In this document: positions 1-10,263 of the stretch, in pieces
How the letters are laid out: each line of letters starts with the position of its first letter
Position numbering within the stretch: position 1 is the first letter of the stretch
From: Lytechinus pictus
Taxonomy: Eukaryota
Reading direction: 5' to 3'
Length of the DNA stretch: 64,000 nt
Assembly: GCF_037042905.1 (NCBI RefSeq)
Contig: NC_087252.1
Coordinates: 868,001-932,000, forward strand
Translations under genes and position numbers: made by a program
The notes under the pieces: model-generated
What the model saw: the letters and a program-made list of their open reading frames with translations, nothing else
What the model was told of the DNA's origin: nothing
The model's database searches: none

Positions 1-1983
1 CGAAAAAAGGGGCGTTTGGAAAGACGTTTCTGCAGAATCACGTACGAAAATGTTCGAATAAACGATATCGTGATTTGAATCATGATTATATGACCTCACT
101 GTTGTGTCGGGCTACTTTTGGTTTGACTCTTACCAAGCTCAAGGCGCTCTTTTTGCTCATTGTATGTACATGATCATGTACTACGCATGCATTTCTTGTC
201 ATATTCAAATTCTGTGTTGGTCATTGCATCATCCACTACTTTTCATTTTTTTGGTCATGTCTTCAAGTTCTAGTAAATGAATTAACTGGACAGAAAATGA
301 TCTCAGTTGTTGTTGAGTACACCAATATCAAATTGGATCTACGCTGAAATTAACTCCCGAACACCATTTTGGATAAACTAACAAGATGAATATAAGCATA
401 TGGACCCTATATGATAGAAGTAAACAAAATGGGGGTATTTCGAGAGCCAAAACACGTGCGAAAAACTTCCTCTGTCAAACTGCGCACTAGTGATGCGCAC
501 TGGATTGGCCCGAATCTGAGGAGAAACAGCATTGGAATGATGGTCGTCTAAACGCTGATTCTGTGATATTGTGATTCATGTTTGTGTTTTGAATCATGAT
601 TCAAATCATGATTCAAATCATGATTCTGGCTTGAGGTCGCATAAACGCAGCCTAAGAGAGAGAGAGAGAGGGGGGGGGGGCCAGAGGAGGGGCCATGACC
701 GGACATCTGTGTCAGTATACCATGTACAGGAGAATGCGGCCGAAAATTTGGTCAGGAAGGAATTAGAGCCGGTTCTCGGAACACTATCGACCGGCGGATT
801 CAGAACCAATTTCTGTTCGGCAGATTTCGTTCTTAATTGCTATCGTTTCTCGATCTCCAAGCCGCACGGTACTCATTTCCTTCAAAATTATAGAGGACCT
901 ACAACTTTTGTTTATCTATTTTAATAGGAAGATAAATAATAAGAAAATCAAACCGCGGCAGCCCAGCAGATATGGTTCGAGTAAAGAACGATATCTGCCG
1001 TTTAAAACGATACCTGCCGGCGGATTCCGCCGGTGGAACAAGATCTGCTGCTTCACCGTCGAGACGTGGGCAACAATCTAGAAATCGGGAGCAAATCAGC
1101 AAATACAATTTCCTGAAGTAGTATGATCTAGTATGTTATTGCAATATTTTCCCCATCTTCCCTTTTAAAGAAACAAATAATTAGCTTTGCGTTAACTCGT
1201 AAGGATTGCCGAAATTGTTCGTTCTATTTCGACCGGTCAAAGAAAAAAGTCCAAACAATTTTTGCTAACATGCCCCGATACCCACGAACAAGTTCGAAAG
1301 TTTTCGCACATCGACGATGAATAAATCCTGAAACGTACATGTATATAGCAAATACAGGTCAAATCACAATAAAGTCTTTGTATATGGTCGGTGAATTGGA
1401 ACAGCAGTTTAGTCGGTGACTCCTGGACAAACGACATAATTATTGGCGATTTTTCTTTATATTTAGTTCCCACTTTCAAAATTCACATCACGATTCAAAC
1501 TGTGCTCTTAATCGTGTTGTAATCGTAATGATCGTATCAGATCAGTCGTGGCAATCGTATTGATCGTAGTAAAATATGGAATGGTTCAAATATTTTTGCG
1601 ATCAGTTACGAAAGGCCAATCGTGGTAACTGATCACGCGACAATTGGGATCGAGCCATCAGATCTGACACGACGGACGAAACTTCTGATCCGAGTCCACC
1701 AATCCTCAACAAAGACTTCATTTTGATTTGACTTTTGTATTTTCAATACATTTGCTAAGTTGTAGGATTCATTCTGCATGTTCTGCGTCCCAATGCTCTT
1801 CAAAACTCTTTGAAGACGATGTTGACGAAGTTTTGGCGAAGTTGCCGATTTGTTTTTTCGACAGTGATTGATCATCATCGAAACTACATCATACACAGTA
1901 AAACCGCTGTTTAAGATTTTATTCAACGCTGTTTACTATATGAACCTTACAGTATTTGTTTAACCGTTCAAACAATCATGTTT

Positions 1984-2430
1984 AATCGCTGATGTGGTTT
2001 ACGGTACACCATGTGAAGTGTTATAGAAACAGTGGATAGAAGAGAAGAAATGGATAGGCGAGAAAGTGGAGATTTGAGAGTAGAGTATTCTTTCTTGAAA
2101 GTAGTCCTGAAAAGGACTGTAAACCAGGAAAGATTGATGAGTTGAGAACAGCTTGAGTAGTAGAGCTAATGAGAAGATGCTGGCTTGAGTCGGCGAGTAG
2201 AGATGATGAGTAGTAGAGAGACTCGACGTTTCGGGCAGGTTGACTGTCCGTCTTCAGGAGTACTTTCAGGACTACTTTCAAGAAAGAATACTCTACTCTC
2301 AAATCTCCACTTTCTCGCCTATCCATTTCTTCTCTTCTTCTATCCACTGTTTCTATAACACTTCACATGGTGTACCGTAAACCACATCAGCGATTGTACA
2401 TACCACCATGCAAACCTTCAAACAACATCT
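1984..2430 (-). mobile_element. Penelope-like retroelement remnant (inverted pseudo-LTR structure)
   Basis: About 130-bp near-perfect inverted repeat (1984-2112 vs 2264-2395), an embedded minimal hammerhead motif, and a flanking direct repeat AATCATGTTT(AAT) at 1974 and 2431 as TSD. Confidence 0.75.
2221..2261 (-). ncRNA. Minimal type I hammerhead ribozyme (Penelope-type)
   Basis: Minus strand reads ACTC-CTGAAGA-C-GGACAG-TCAAC-CTGCCC-GAAA-C-GTC-GAGT: CUGANGA and GAAA cores, stem I ACTC/GAGT, stem II with one mismatch, palindromic ACGT minimal stem III, GUC cleavage triplet. Confidence 0.75.
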
Positions 2431-2691
2431 AATCATGTTTAATTTATTGAAAATTAGATATTGAAAATTAAACTTTGTTGCTTAAGATTTAAACAATTAT
2501 TTAAACTATCTAAACAATTACTGTAAGGTTCATATAGTAAACAGCGTTGTATCATTTTTTTTTTTACTGTGTATTCTCGTTTGGCTTTTGCGAATGATGC
2601 ATGATTATCGAAAACTCTAACGGTCAAATTCCATATTCTGTTTCTCATATGATAATTCTTTTTTTTTTATTGAATCATTTCCACGCAACAG

Positions 2692-3014
2692 GGAGACCTC
2701 GAATCTATCGGTCCGCTGAATCAGATGACAGCGACGAGTCTGGCGGGAGCAGTGACTCCTCGGAAGAAAGCAACAAACCAGCTAAAAACAAGACACCACC
2801 GCCAACCACCACCACCACGGCTAGTCCCACCACATCAGCCACCACCACTGCCCCGACCACAACACCCACAACCACCCCATCTACCACGACGACTGCAACA
2901 ACGACTACGCCAATGACAACGAATCCAACAGTACCTGTAGCGGTCTTAACCACATGTGTACCGCGTGGTGATATCGGGTTCGAATGTTTTCCAGTCACTC
3001 CTGGCAGATCGTAG
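2692..3014 (+). CDS. Terminal coding exon of a probable secreted Ser/acidic- and Thr-rich (mucin-like) protein; upstream exon(s) not located
   Basis: Acceptor TTTCCACGCAACAG ending at 2691 (phase 1); GC-rich open frame RPRIYRSAESDDSDES...PTTTTT...CVPRGDIGFECFPVTPGRS to TAG at 3014; AATAAA at about 3026. Confidence 0.6.
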
Positions 3015-3116
3015 TTCAAACGCTAATAAAACATTATAAAAGAGGTATGGGACGATCCAGACAGATGGTCCATGAGGAGAACATCATCTACAAAACTTGT
3101 TTAGATTTAAGAGCTG

Positions 3117-3342
3117 CACTCTAAAAGAAAATCAGTATATAAAAAAGAAATGGATAGTTAATCGGGTCAGCTGGATGCAACTGTAAATCTTATTTGAATA
3201 TTATTTTTCTGGTCGTATTTTACCAGAATATAGTCAATATTTCTGACTAGAATATGCGTCAGGATTGTGACTATAGACATCGGTTACACCCAGCTGACTT
3301 CTGATCTAGTCAGTTTGACTGATTAGTTTTTTTTTAAGAGTG
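3117..3342. mobile_element. CAC-terminus MITE with 2-bp TSD (CMC/EnSpm-like)
   Basis: CACTCTAAAA ... TTTTAAGAGTG termini, TG/TG flanks. Confidence 0.6.
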
Positions 3343-3525
3343 TGCATACACGAAGTATCAATCTACCCCCATCATTTCAATATTTATAATACAAACATAA
3401 TTATTTCCGTGGGGAGTGCATTGTCTGGGACGTAATAAGAAAGTTTCATCCAGTCATTTGCCATTGATTTGTGGACTAGCGCCATCTTTTGTCTCCGTCG
3501 TGTTCGTTTTATTTCGAAGACCATA

Positions 3526-3721
3526 CACTCTTAAAAATGTTGGGCAACATACGGTCCACACAACAATTGGTTAAAACTTTATCCAATTCTGGGTAGTTTT
3601 ACACCAATACTGTGTAGTTTTCACCCAAAGCACACATTATTGGTGTAAAACTACCCAGAATTGGATAAAGTTTTAACCAATTGTTGTGTGGACCGTATGT
3701 TGCCCAACATTTTTAAGAGTG
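3526..3721. mobile_element. Palindromic CAC-terminus MITE
   Basis: 84-bp inverted arms (3526-3609 / 3638-3721) that appear perfect, TA/TA flanks. Confidence 0.85.
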
Positions 3722-4659
3722 TACCACTGAGCTATCAATTTACCACTGATGTGAATACAGATCAGTGGCCAATACTTCCTGTTTAGGGAGGAATGAAAAA
3801 CTTTGTTTCAAGTTATAAAGAGCAAAAAATTAGATCTTCCATATTCCATACGATGAAATAGTGAGTGGGCGACATCATCGGTTCCTTTAATCGTTCGCAT
3901 ACAAACCAAGATGTGCATAAAAAGAAGAAAGAGAAAGAAGGAAATTCCTTATTATTTTGTTCACAGAAAGGCCTCTATTGGGCTTTATAGGCTGTACAAT
4001 GTTGAAATGTCAGAACGAGTAATCATGGTACTTAACATTTCCACAACTATTCCGGATGAAAGCTGTAATACCCAGTTCAACTTTATATTAGTGTGCATTT
4101 TCACATGGATGTTATGTTATTTTCAGGATTCACCCCTCACCATATCTCTTGATAGTTTTCCTCTGATGGTCTTTAGTGAGAGTTTACCCCCTTTGTAGAT
4201 ACACCCCCCTTGTCAATAATTTCCCCATATTTGTCAAGATCACTATACTGCATCCTCTTTAGAACGAGAGCCTTTCTCTTTGTTTTTGGCATGTCGAAAA
4301 GTTCGCGCCTCTTTATTTGGAAATCCTCGACCCATGCACCCCCTTCTGCCCTTGTGAACTTGGTTGATGATGATTGCTTGATTTATGTTGTAAAAATATA
4401 TGTGTATAATTGCTTAAGCTTCTGTATATTTCTATGTAATCGAATTGATTTACTGTGAATAAACGAATAAAAAAATGTATTAGGTTTCGTTATGAACTTT
4501 GTTATGTCATGTCATCATGAAGAGACTATAAGAAGACTTAAAGACAAAGAAAAAAAATAATGATCAGTCATGAAGAATTGCATTATGTTAAAACTGATAC
4601 GTGTGATAGAGGGGGTCGGGGGCTTCGACAGAATATCGAGAATATTTCGAGAGAGAAAG

Positions 4660-4872
4660 AGCGACAGAGAGAGAAGGAAAAAAAAGACAGAAATAAATGA
4701 TGTATAGTAAGAAAGAGAGAAAGAACGAAATAAAAAAGAAAGAGAGAAAGAAAGAAAGAGGATGATAGAAAGAATGAGAGAGAGAGGGGGAGAGAGAAAG
4801 AAAGAAAGAAAGAAAGAAGAAAAAAGAAAGGAAGAAAGAAAGAAAGAAAACAAAAGAAAGAAAGAACAGAAA
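4660..4872. repeat. Purine-rich (AAAG/AG)n low-complexity tract
   Basis: Directly visible. Confidence 0.9.
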
Positions 4873-6744
4873 ATATACATAAGCCGAAGGGTGTGTTCCG
4901 TCGATAAGAGCTTTTATACAGGGGCCGCGGAAACGGATCGGGGGGGGGGGGTTCTGCGGGGGCTTCCCAAACCGTGCACAAAAACGTAAAAATTACCATC
5001 TGATTATGATTTTGTGCATGGTCAGCCCCCCCCCCCACACTTTCGGCTTAGCCCCCCCCCCCCCCCCCCTTCAGAACCGTTCAGCTGCCCCTTATATAGG
5101 TTTATACTATATGCTATAAGAAAGGTTGTCAAGCATTGTCAAGCCATGTAGCTATTTTTAGGTCCATGTCCATCGATGTCAACCATTGTTAGACTTTGAC
5201 AGGCTAGGGGTGTCCATTGAAGATCTGAAAGGGGAATCCAGCCTTGGTCATAAGATGTCGTGTTTGATAGGAGAAAATAAATAAAACAGATTAGTGGAAG
5301 CTTGAAAGAAATCGGACAAGCACCAAAAAAATATGGCTGTTTAAAAATTGAGATCCCTAAGACAATGTACATTTCAAATTGGCGACTGGGTAAGTAAATT
5401 ATGACAAGGGACAAGCACAACTTTCCCCAAAGGCCATGTACTTTATTATTAGTTATTTGTGGTTTAATTCTAAGTACCCATTCCCCTGGGGTTGTAATCT
5501 GAATAAAACCTAAGTAAGTATATTGTTTTATGTCCTCATGAAAGAAAAATTTAACTTTGTGAAGTAAAACTTTTGAAAAAATGTATTTTTAGCATATTGG
5601 GCGACAAACATGGAAGAGTAGTCCTTGCCTTATATCATTATATATGACATCACATTTTTGGCCAATTTGAAGTATCCATGGTGTAGCTGCAGACTTGTTT
5701 GAGAGTTCAAATAAAACAAAGGCCTCAACGGGAATTTAAAGTTTCATGTCATTTCTTTATTCTTTATTGACTTTTCAATTCCTTGAATGCTTGAGACATT
5801 CCATGAAACCTTTCCATTCCTTTAATTCCATGAGAACAATTAAATTTCGTGAAAACTGTAGGTTGAAACAGAGTACAAGAAAGTCATAAGTACAAAGAGC
5901 AACATAAATACTTTACATCATCTATGATTTTAACCATTGTGATACAATAACTATCTTACTCTGAATGCAAATTATCACAATCCAGCTCAAATGGCATAGA
6001 CGACCTATTTAGCAATGAAAGGATATTTGTCATCAAATGCATACAGCTCAATAACCTTGACAATTGGCATTCAGTCTAAATTACATAATTATGTGGCATT
6101 CATGTATTTAAAACCAACACACAAGTTGCTCATAAGATGCATGTCTTATCATCATTTAAAATTACTCTATAACATTATCGGGTGTTTACCTTTCAAGTGA
6201 TATGCATTAATTGACACACATACTTTCTGCGTAAACTGGTTATGTACGTTCACATACATTAATGCATTAAGCTTACTTGTGCCATGTCAATATGCAAATC
6301 AAAATAAATCAGTCTTTCTTGTAATATACATTCATAATTCTTAAATACATATAAATCAATGTTTTAACTAACCTCTTTGCCTCCAAAAATCTTCTTATAA
6401 AAAGTAATCCCGTTTAGGATGCTTCAGATTGATGTAGATTTTACTCCCAAAACAAAATCTCCAGCACTGATTCCATTTTATCACCTCTATCACCTCAGTT
6501 GACCAAGAGATGGCGCTAACAATAGAAACCTCAGGCAAGGCATACACATCACATGCATTAAACATGTGCTGTGTGCACTATGTACAATATATGCAAAGGT
6601 GTGTGTTCTCACCCAAGCACATTACATAGAACAAGCATATCAAATACAATTAGTCTGATCCTGAAACCCAAGGAGATTCATTTTAAACTGTTGATGGTTT
6701 TTTAGAAAAATTAACAAATTTTGTACTCAAAACAGCTTTCATAA

Positions 6745-7467
6745 AGCCCCTTTCACAATTGACGTACGACCATTTGCGACCTTTTGGTCGTGCGTCAGGC
6801 TGCAACAGGCATCAACATGATCAATCGCTAGTCATCTCATAAGATCGCACAGATGCTTTCACAGTTGCAACAGCTGTCGTACAACAAAAACAACCAGTAA
6901 ACCCCGTTGCACGAGTAAGTCGCATATGCTCTTATTGTGCTCGTGCGATCACATGCGAGTGTTGCACGAGGGATTGCGAGTGGAACGGTCGCATACATGC
7001 GAATGAAACGGTAGTGCAATGTTGTAAGCCGTTGCGATCGGTCTTGCAACAGTCTTATGGCCCATATTATTATCGCAACCAGTCGCAAGACAGGTCTCTG
7101 TACATGTAGGTCGCTTTCACATGTGCAAGTGTTGTACGACCTCCAGTCAAGTAAATGCGACTACTTAGTTGTGCCACCTCTCGCACCAAGTCGTACAACG
7201 TTGAACAACACTCGCACGATGATCGCCCGAGCGATGGTACGACCCCGGGTACGGCCTGATGCGAGTGAATCAATCGTATTTGATCGCGTTTGGATTTTGA
7301 ACATGTTCAAAGTTCAGATGCGACCAGTCACGACCACATCGAGTTTGTGCGATCGTCTACAACGACTGCGAGTGCTCGCAAGACACCAAGGGATCGATCG
7401 TGCAACAACAAGAAAAAAATGTTGCAGGTGGTCGTAAACAGGTCGGACGTCAATTGTGAAAGGGGCT
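6745..7467. mobile_element. PIF/Harbinger-like non-autonomous element
   Basis: TIR AGCCCCTTTCACAATTGACGT ... ACGTCAATTGTGAAAGGGGCT, 3-bp TAA/TAA TSD, CpG-rich interior. Confidence 0.85.
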
Positions 7468-7984
7468 TAACATAACATAGCTTTTGTAACTGAACCGGAC
7501 TACCCTCCACTGTTCTTTTTATCGATATTTGTTAAATAAAACATGAATAAATAGTAAATAAATAAATAAATAAATAACACATGGGTATAGTGATTACCAA
7601 TATTCACAACACTCTTTTTGTTTGTCCGACATTGTTCAAACTTTCACCGATCAACTTGACTGATTTTCCTTTTTCCTCTAAAAGCAAGTTATGATTTCGG
7701 TTGGATTCCCCTTGTTTAAAACAGATGTTTTATCCGACAAAGTCTGTTTTATAGAGACGACAAAAATATAATTCATAAAATTAACTTTGCATAAACATAA
7801 ACTGAACCGAACCTACATTTTGTGGAAATGTAACCCCGCCCTCCCCTCCCCCATTCTCTCTCTCCCCATCCCCCTAGCTCTCCCTCTCTCTCTTCAGTCT
7901 TTCAGATAAACGGTCCATTTACATCAAACGAGTAGTTTCCATGTGACTGCAGTGACAACCAACAAAGTATTGTCTTGTACAATT

Positions 7985-8220
7985 CACTGTAAAAAAATAT
8001 ATTGGGTAAAATTTTAACCAGCACGAGGGTAATTGTGTCCAACCAATGCGGGAAGTACATTATCCAGTAAGGTTAAAAAAATAAGCTTAGCAGCAATTAC
8101 TTTAGAATGGGCAAAATTTTCACCACATTGGATAAATAAAAATGCCCAAAAGAAATGCCCAATGTTGGTTGGACACATAATATTACCTTCATGGAGCATT
8201 TTTACCCATTTTTTAGAGTG
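7985..8220. mobile_element. CAC-terminus MITE (degenerate)
   Basis: CACTGTAAAAAA ... TTTTTTAGAGTG with internal inverted TGTGTCCAACCAA / TTGGTTGGACACA. Confidence 0.6.
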
Positions 8221-8348
8221 TAGGCCTATAAACTTTTGATTCCAATAGGCTTATTTCACATGGTTGCATAAAATTCGATAGTATCTGCTGTCGTTATCAG
8301 CTATGTTTTGGCTTTTTTCTATCCGGAGTAATTACAGGCCCTATATTT

Positions 8349-8525
8349 CACTGTAAAAACGCAGTTTTTAAATTGTAAGCACATTTTTCAAGTCTGTCAC
8401 TCTAACAAAAATTTGTTAAAACTTTTAAACAATTTGTTAGAACTGCTTATAAAATTTAAAACAATTATTGTTAGAGTGACTGGTCTAAACAGCCTGATTA
8501 CATTTTTAAAGAGCATTTTAAAGTG
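8349..8525. mobile_element. CAC-terminus MITE (degenerate)
   Basis: CACTGTAAAAA ... TTTTAAAGTG with internal inverted GTCACTCTAACAA / TTGTTAGAGTGAC. Confidence 0.55.
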
Positions 8526-8794
8526 TATGATACTATCTAAAAGCAAAAAGCTGTTCTAGTCCCTATCACACTCTTCTCGGACTGATATAGGGACTGGAGT
8601 GTGAACTGTACATATAGAAACAGCCTATAATCTATAGGCGGACTGGGTGCAGTTCCCGGGGGGCCACTTCCATTGACAAGTGGATACCATGCGCGACCAT
8701 GGGGTCTCGAAAAGCACCCTAAACACGTATTTTCCATATTCTGAAAATGCACCCCTTAACAAGTATTGGCGTGTGAAACCCTACCCTTAACAAG

Positions 8795-10208
8795 TGTCAC
8801 TGCAGCAGTATGCAGTGAAGGTTTATGATTTTAAATGTACATGTTTTTGATTAATTCAGTTTTTCATTCTTTAAATGATATTAATTCAGTGGTTATCTAT
8901 AATGATATCTTCTAACTTGCTTTCAGTCTTCTGATTTTGATTATGTTTAGATATTGAATTTAGTCTTATTGGTGTATATCTAGTAGGCATATATAACATT
9001 TTTTTGTACATAAAGCTTTTCATATAGTATTCAATATGCTTGCATGTAGTAGATATATACTTGTACATATTTCAGTGTTATAAGATCGAGACACCCTGAT
9101 TAAAGAGAACTATGTTCTCTGTGAAGGTTCTATTCATTCCCAGAGGAGCAATTGTCTGGACCTTCAGACCTTTAGTACACAAACTTGGCCACAGTAATTG
9201 TAGAACAAAGACCCCCTTTCAGTTTGTGCAGCCCCCTTTTCTATAGTTTCAACTTGTACTGGTAGAGCTTGGCTTGGGTTTTAGCTTTTTGAGAAAGCCA
9301 AGTCATTACATTTCGGAAAGCCAGCGAGTTAACATCATATTTTAGACACCTCAAGTATTAAGTTCGATCTTTCGATACCTTCGATTCAGTTTCAACAGTT
9401 CAAAGCCTCCAATTGGTAAGAATAGTTTTATACTTCACTATTATAGATATCTCTATATTAATTTCTTTAAAGCAGTAGCAATATAGTAAACTTATATGCA
9501 TTTTTAGAACTCAGTTTAGGATATTTCTTATTGCAAAGTTGTAGCTTTATTTCGAGATCATCTTTATGATTAATAACTACATTACCTATATTTATCTTCA
9601 CTTTAAATGTTTTGATTCGCAAATTGTTAAGTGAGTTTATTAATGTCTTCATTAATTTCTGTGTTGTTTTAATTAGTTTATGAGACATATTTGTTAGTAA
9701 TACTTTCTTGAATATTTTGTTATTCATATTATAAGGAAATTCCATTTAGTTACATTAATTAGTCTGTACCTATGTAATTGATGAACTTATTATCTTAACT
9801 TATTAACTTATTTCTCCTTTTAATGCTAGTTACATAATCCAATTGTTTTGTGTAGTTTGTTTACTTTATTCATATTTGTTTCACTTATAGCTGTTAGAAT
9901 AGTAATTTAGCATACCTTTTCTTGTATATAGTCATAGCATAAAGTCGCGTTATTTGTTTTCTTTCGTAATATCATTTGTGAATTTGAATACTAAATGTTC
10001 GTTCTATTTGTTCTCTTTTTCTCGCAGTATTCTATCTACATCTACTTTACTTCATGTTACACGAGAGTTTTGCAATTAAAATCGAATCGTCATCGGTAAT
10101 TCTCTCTGTTCGGAATAAGTTTCTTTTGGAGTGCATTGTTCTTCGAACCACCTTCGATCTCGACCGAAACTCCTTACTTAGCATCTCGAGTTAAGTGAGG
10201 CAGCCACA
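8795..10208 (+). repeat. 5' LTR (1414 bp)
   Basis: TGTCACTGCAG ... GGCAGCCACA, repeated at a constant offset of 7032. Confidence 0.97.
9416..10027 (+). other. Predicted spliceosomal intron inside the LTR (612 nt; second copy at 16448-17059)
   Basis: Donor TTG|GTAAGA, very AT-rich body, branch-like TACTAAAT near 9990, polypyrimidine tract TTGTTCTCTTTTTCTCGCAG| acceptor. Confidence 0.65.
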
Positions 10209-10263
10209 ATAGAATACAAGGGACTGAAAATTCGTCGATGAAACTGGATTTCGTGATTTCGCT

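Larger units (their letters stand above)
1894..2571. mobile_element. CAC-terminus MITE (CMC/EnSpm-like), interrupted by a Penelope-like insertion
   Basis: CACAGTAAAA ... TTTTACTGTG termini flanked by TA/TA; long internal inverted arms (CAACGCTGTTTACTATATGAACCTTACAGTA and its reverse complement near 2519-2549). Confidence 0.7.

Noticed and set aside
50..165. Possible signal-peptide exon for the 2692 exon (donor-like T|GTATGT)
   Set aside because: The phase-compatible frame has a stop at 83-85 and no ATG; the ATG at 90 gives the wrong phase.
4515..5038. Overlapping hydrophobic or Lys-rich ORFs
   Set aside because: Microsatellite artefacts.
6837..7510. Cluster of ORFs as a transposase
   Set aside because: They lie within a 723-bp GC-rich MITE; no DDE motifs.
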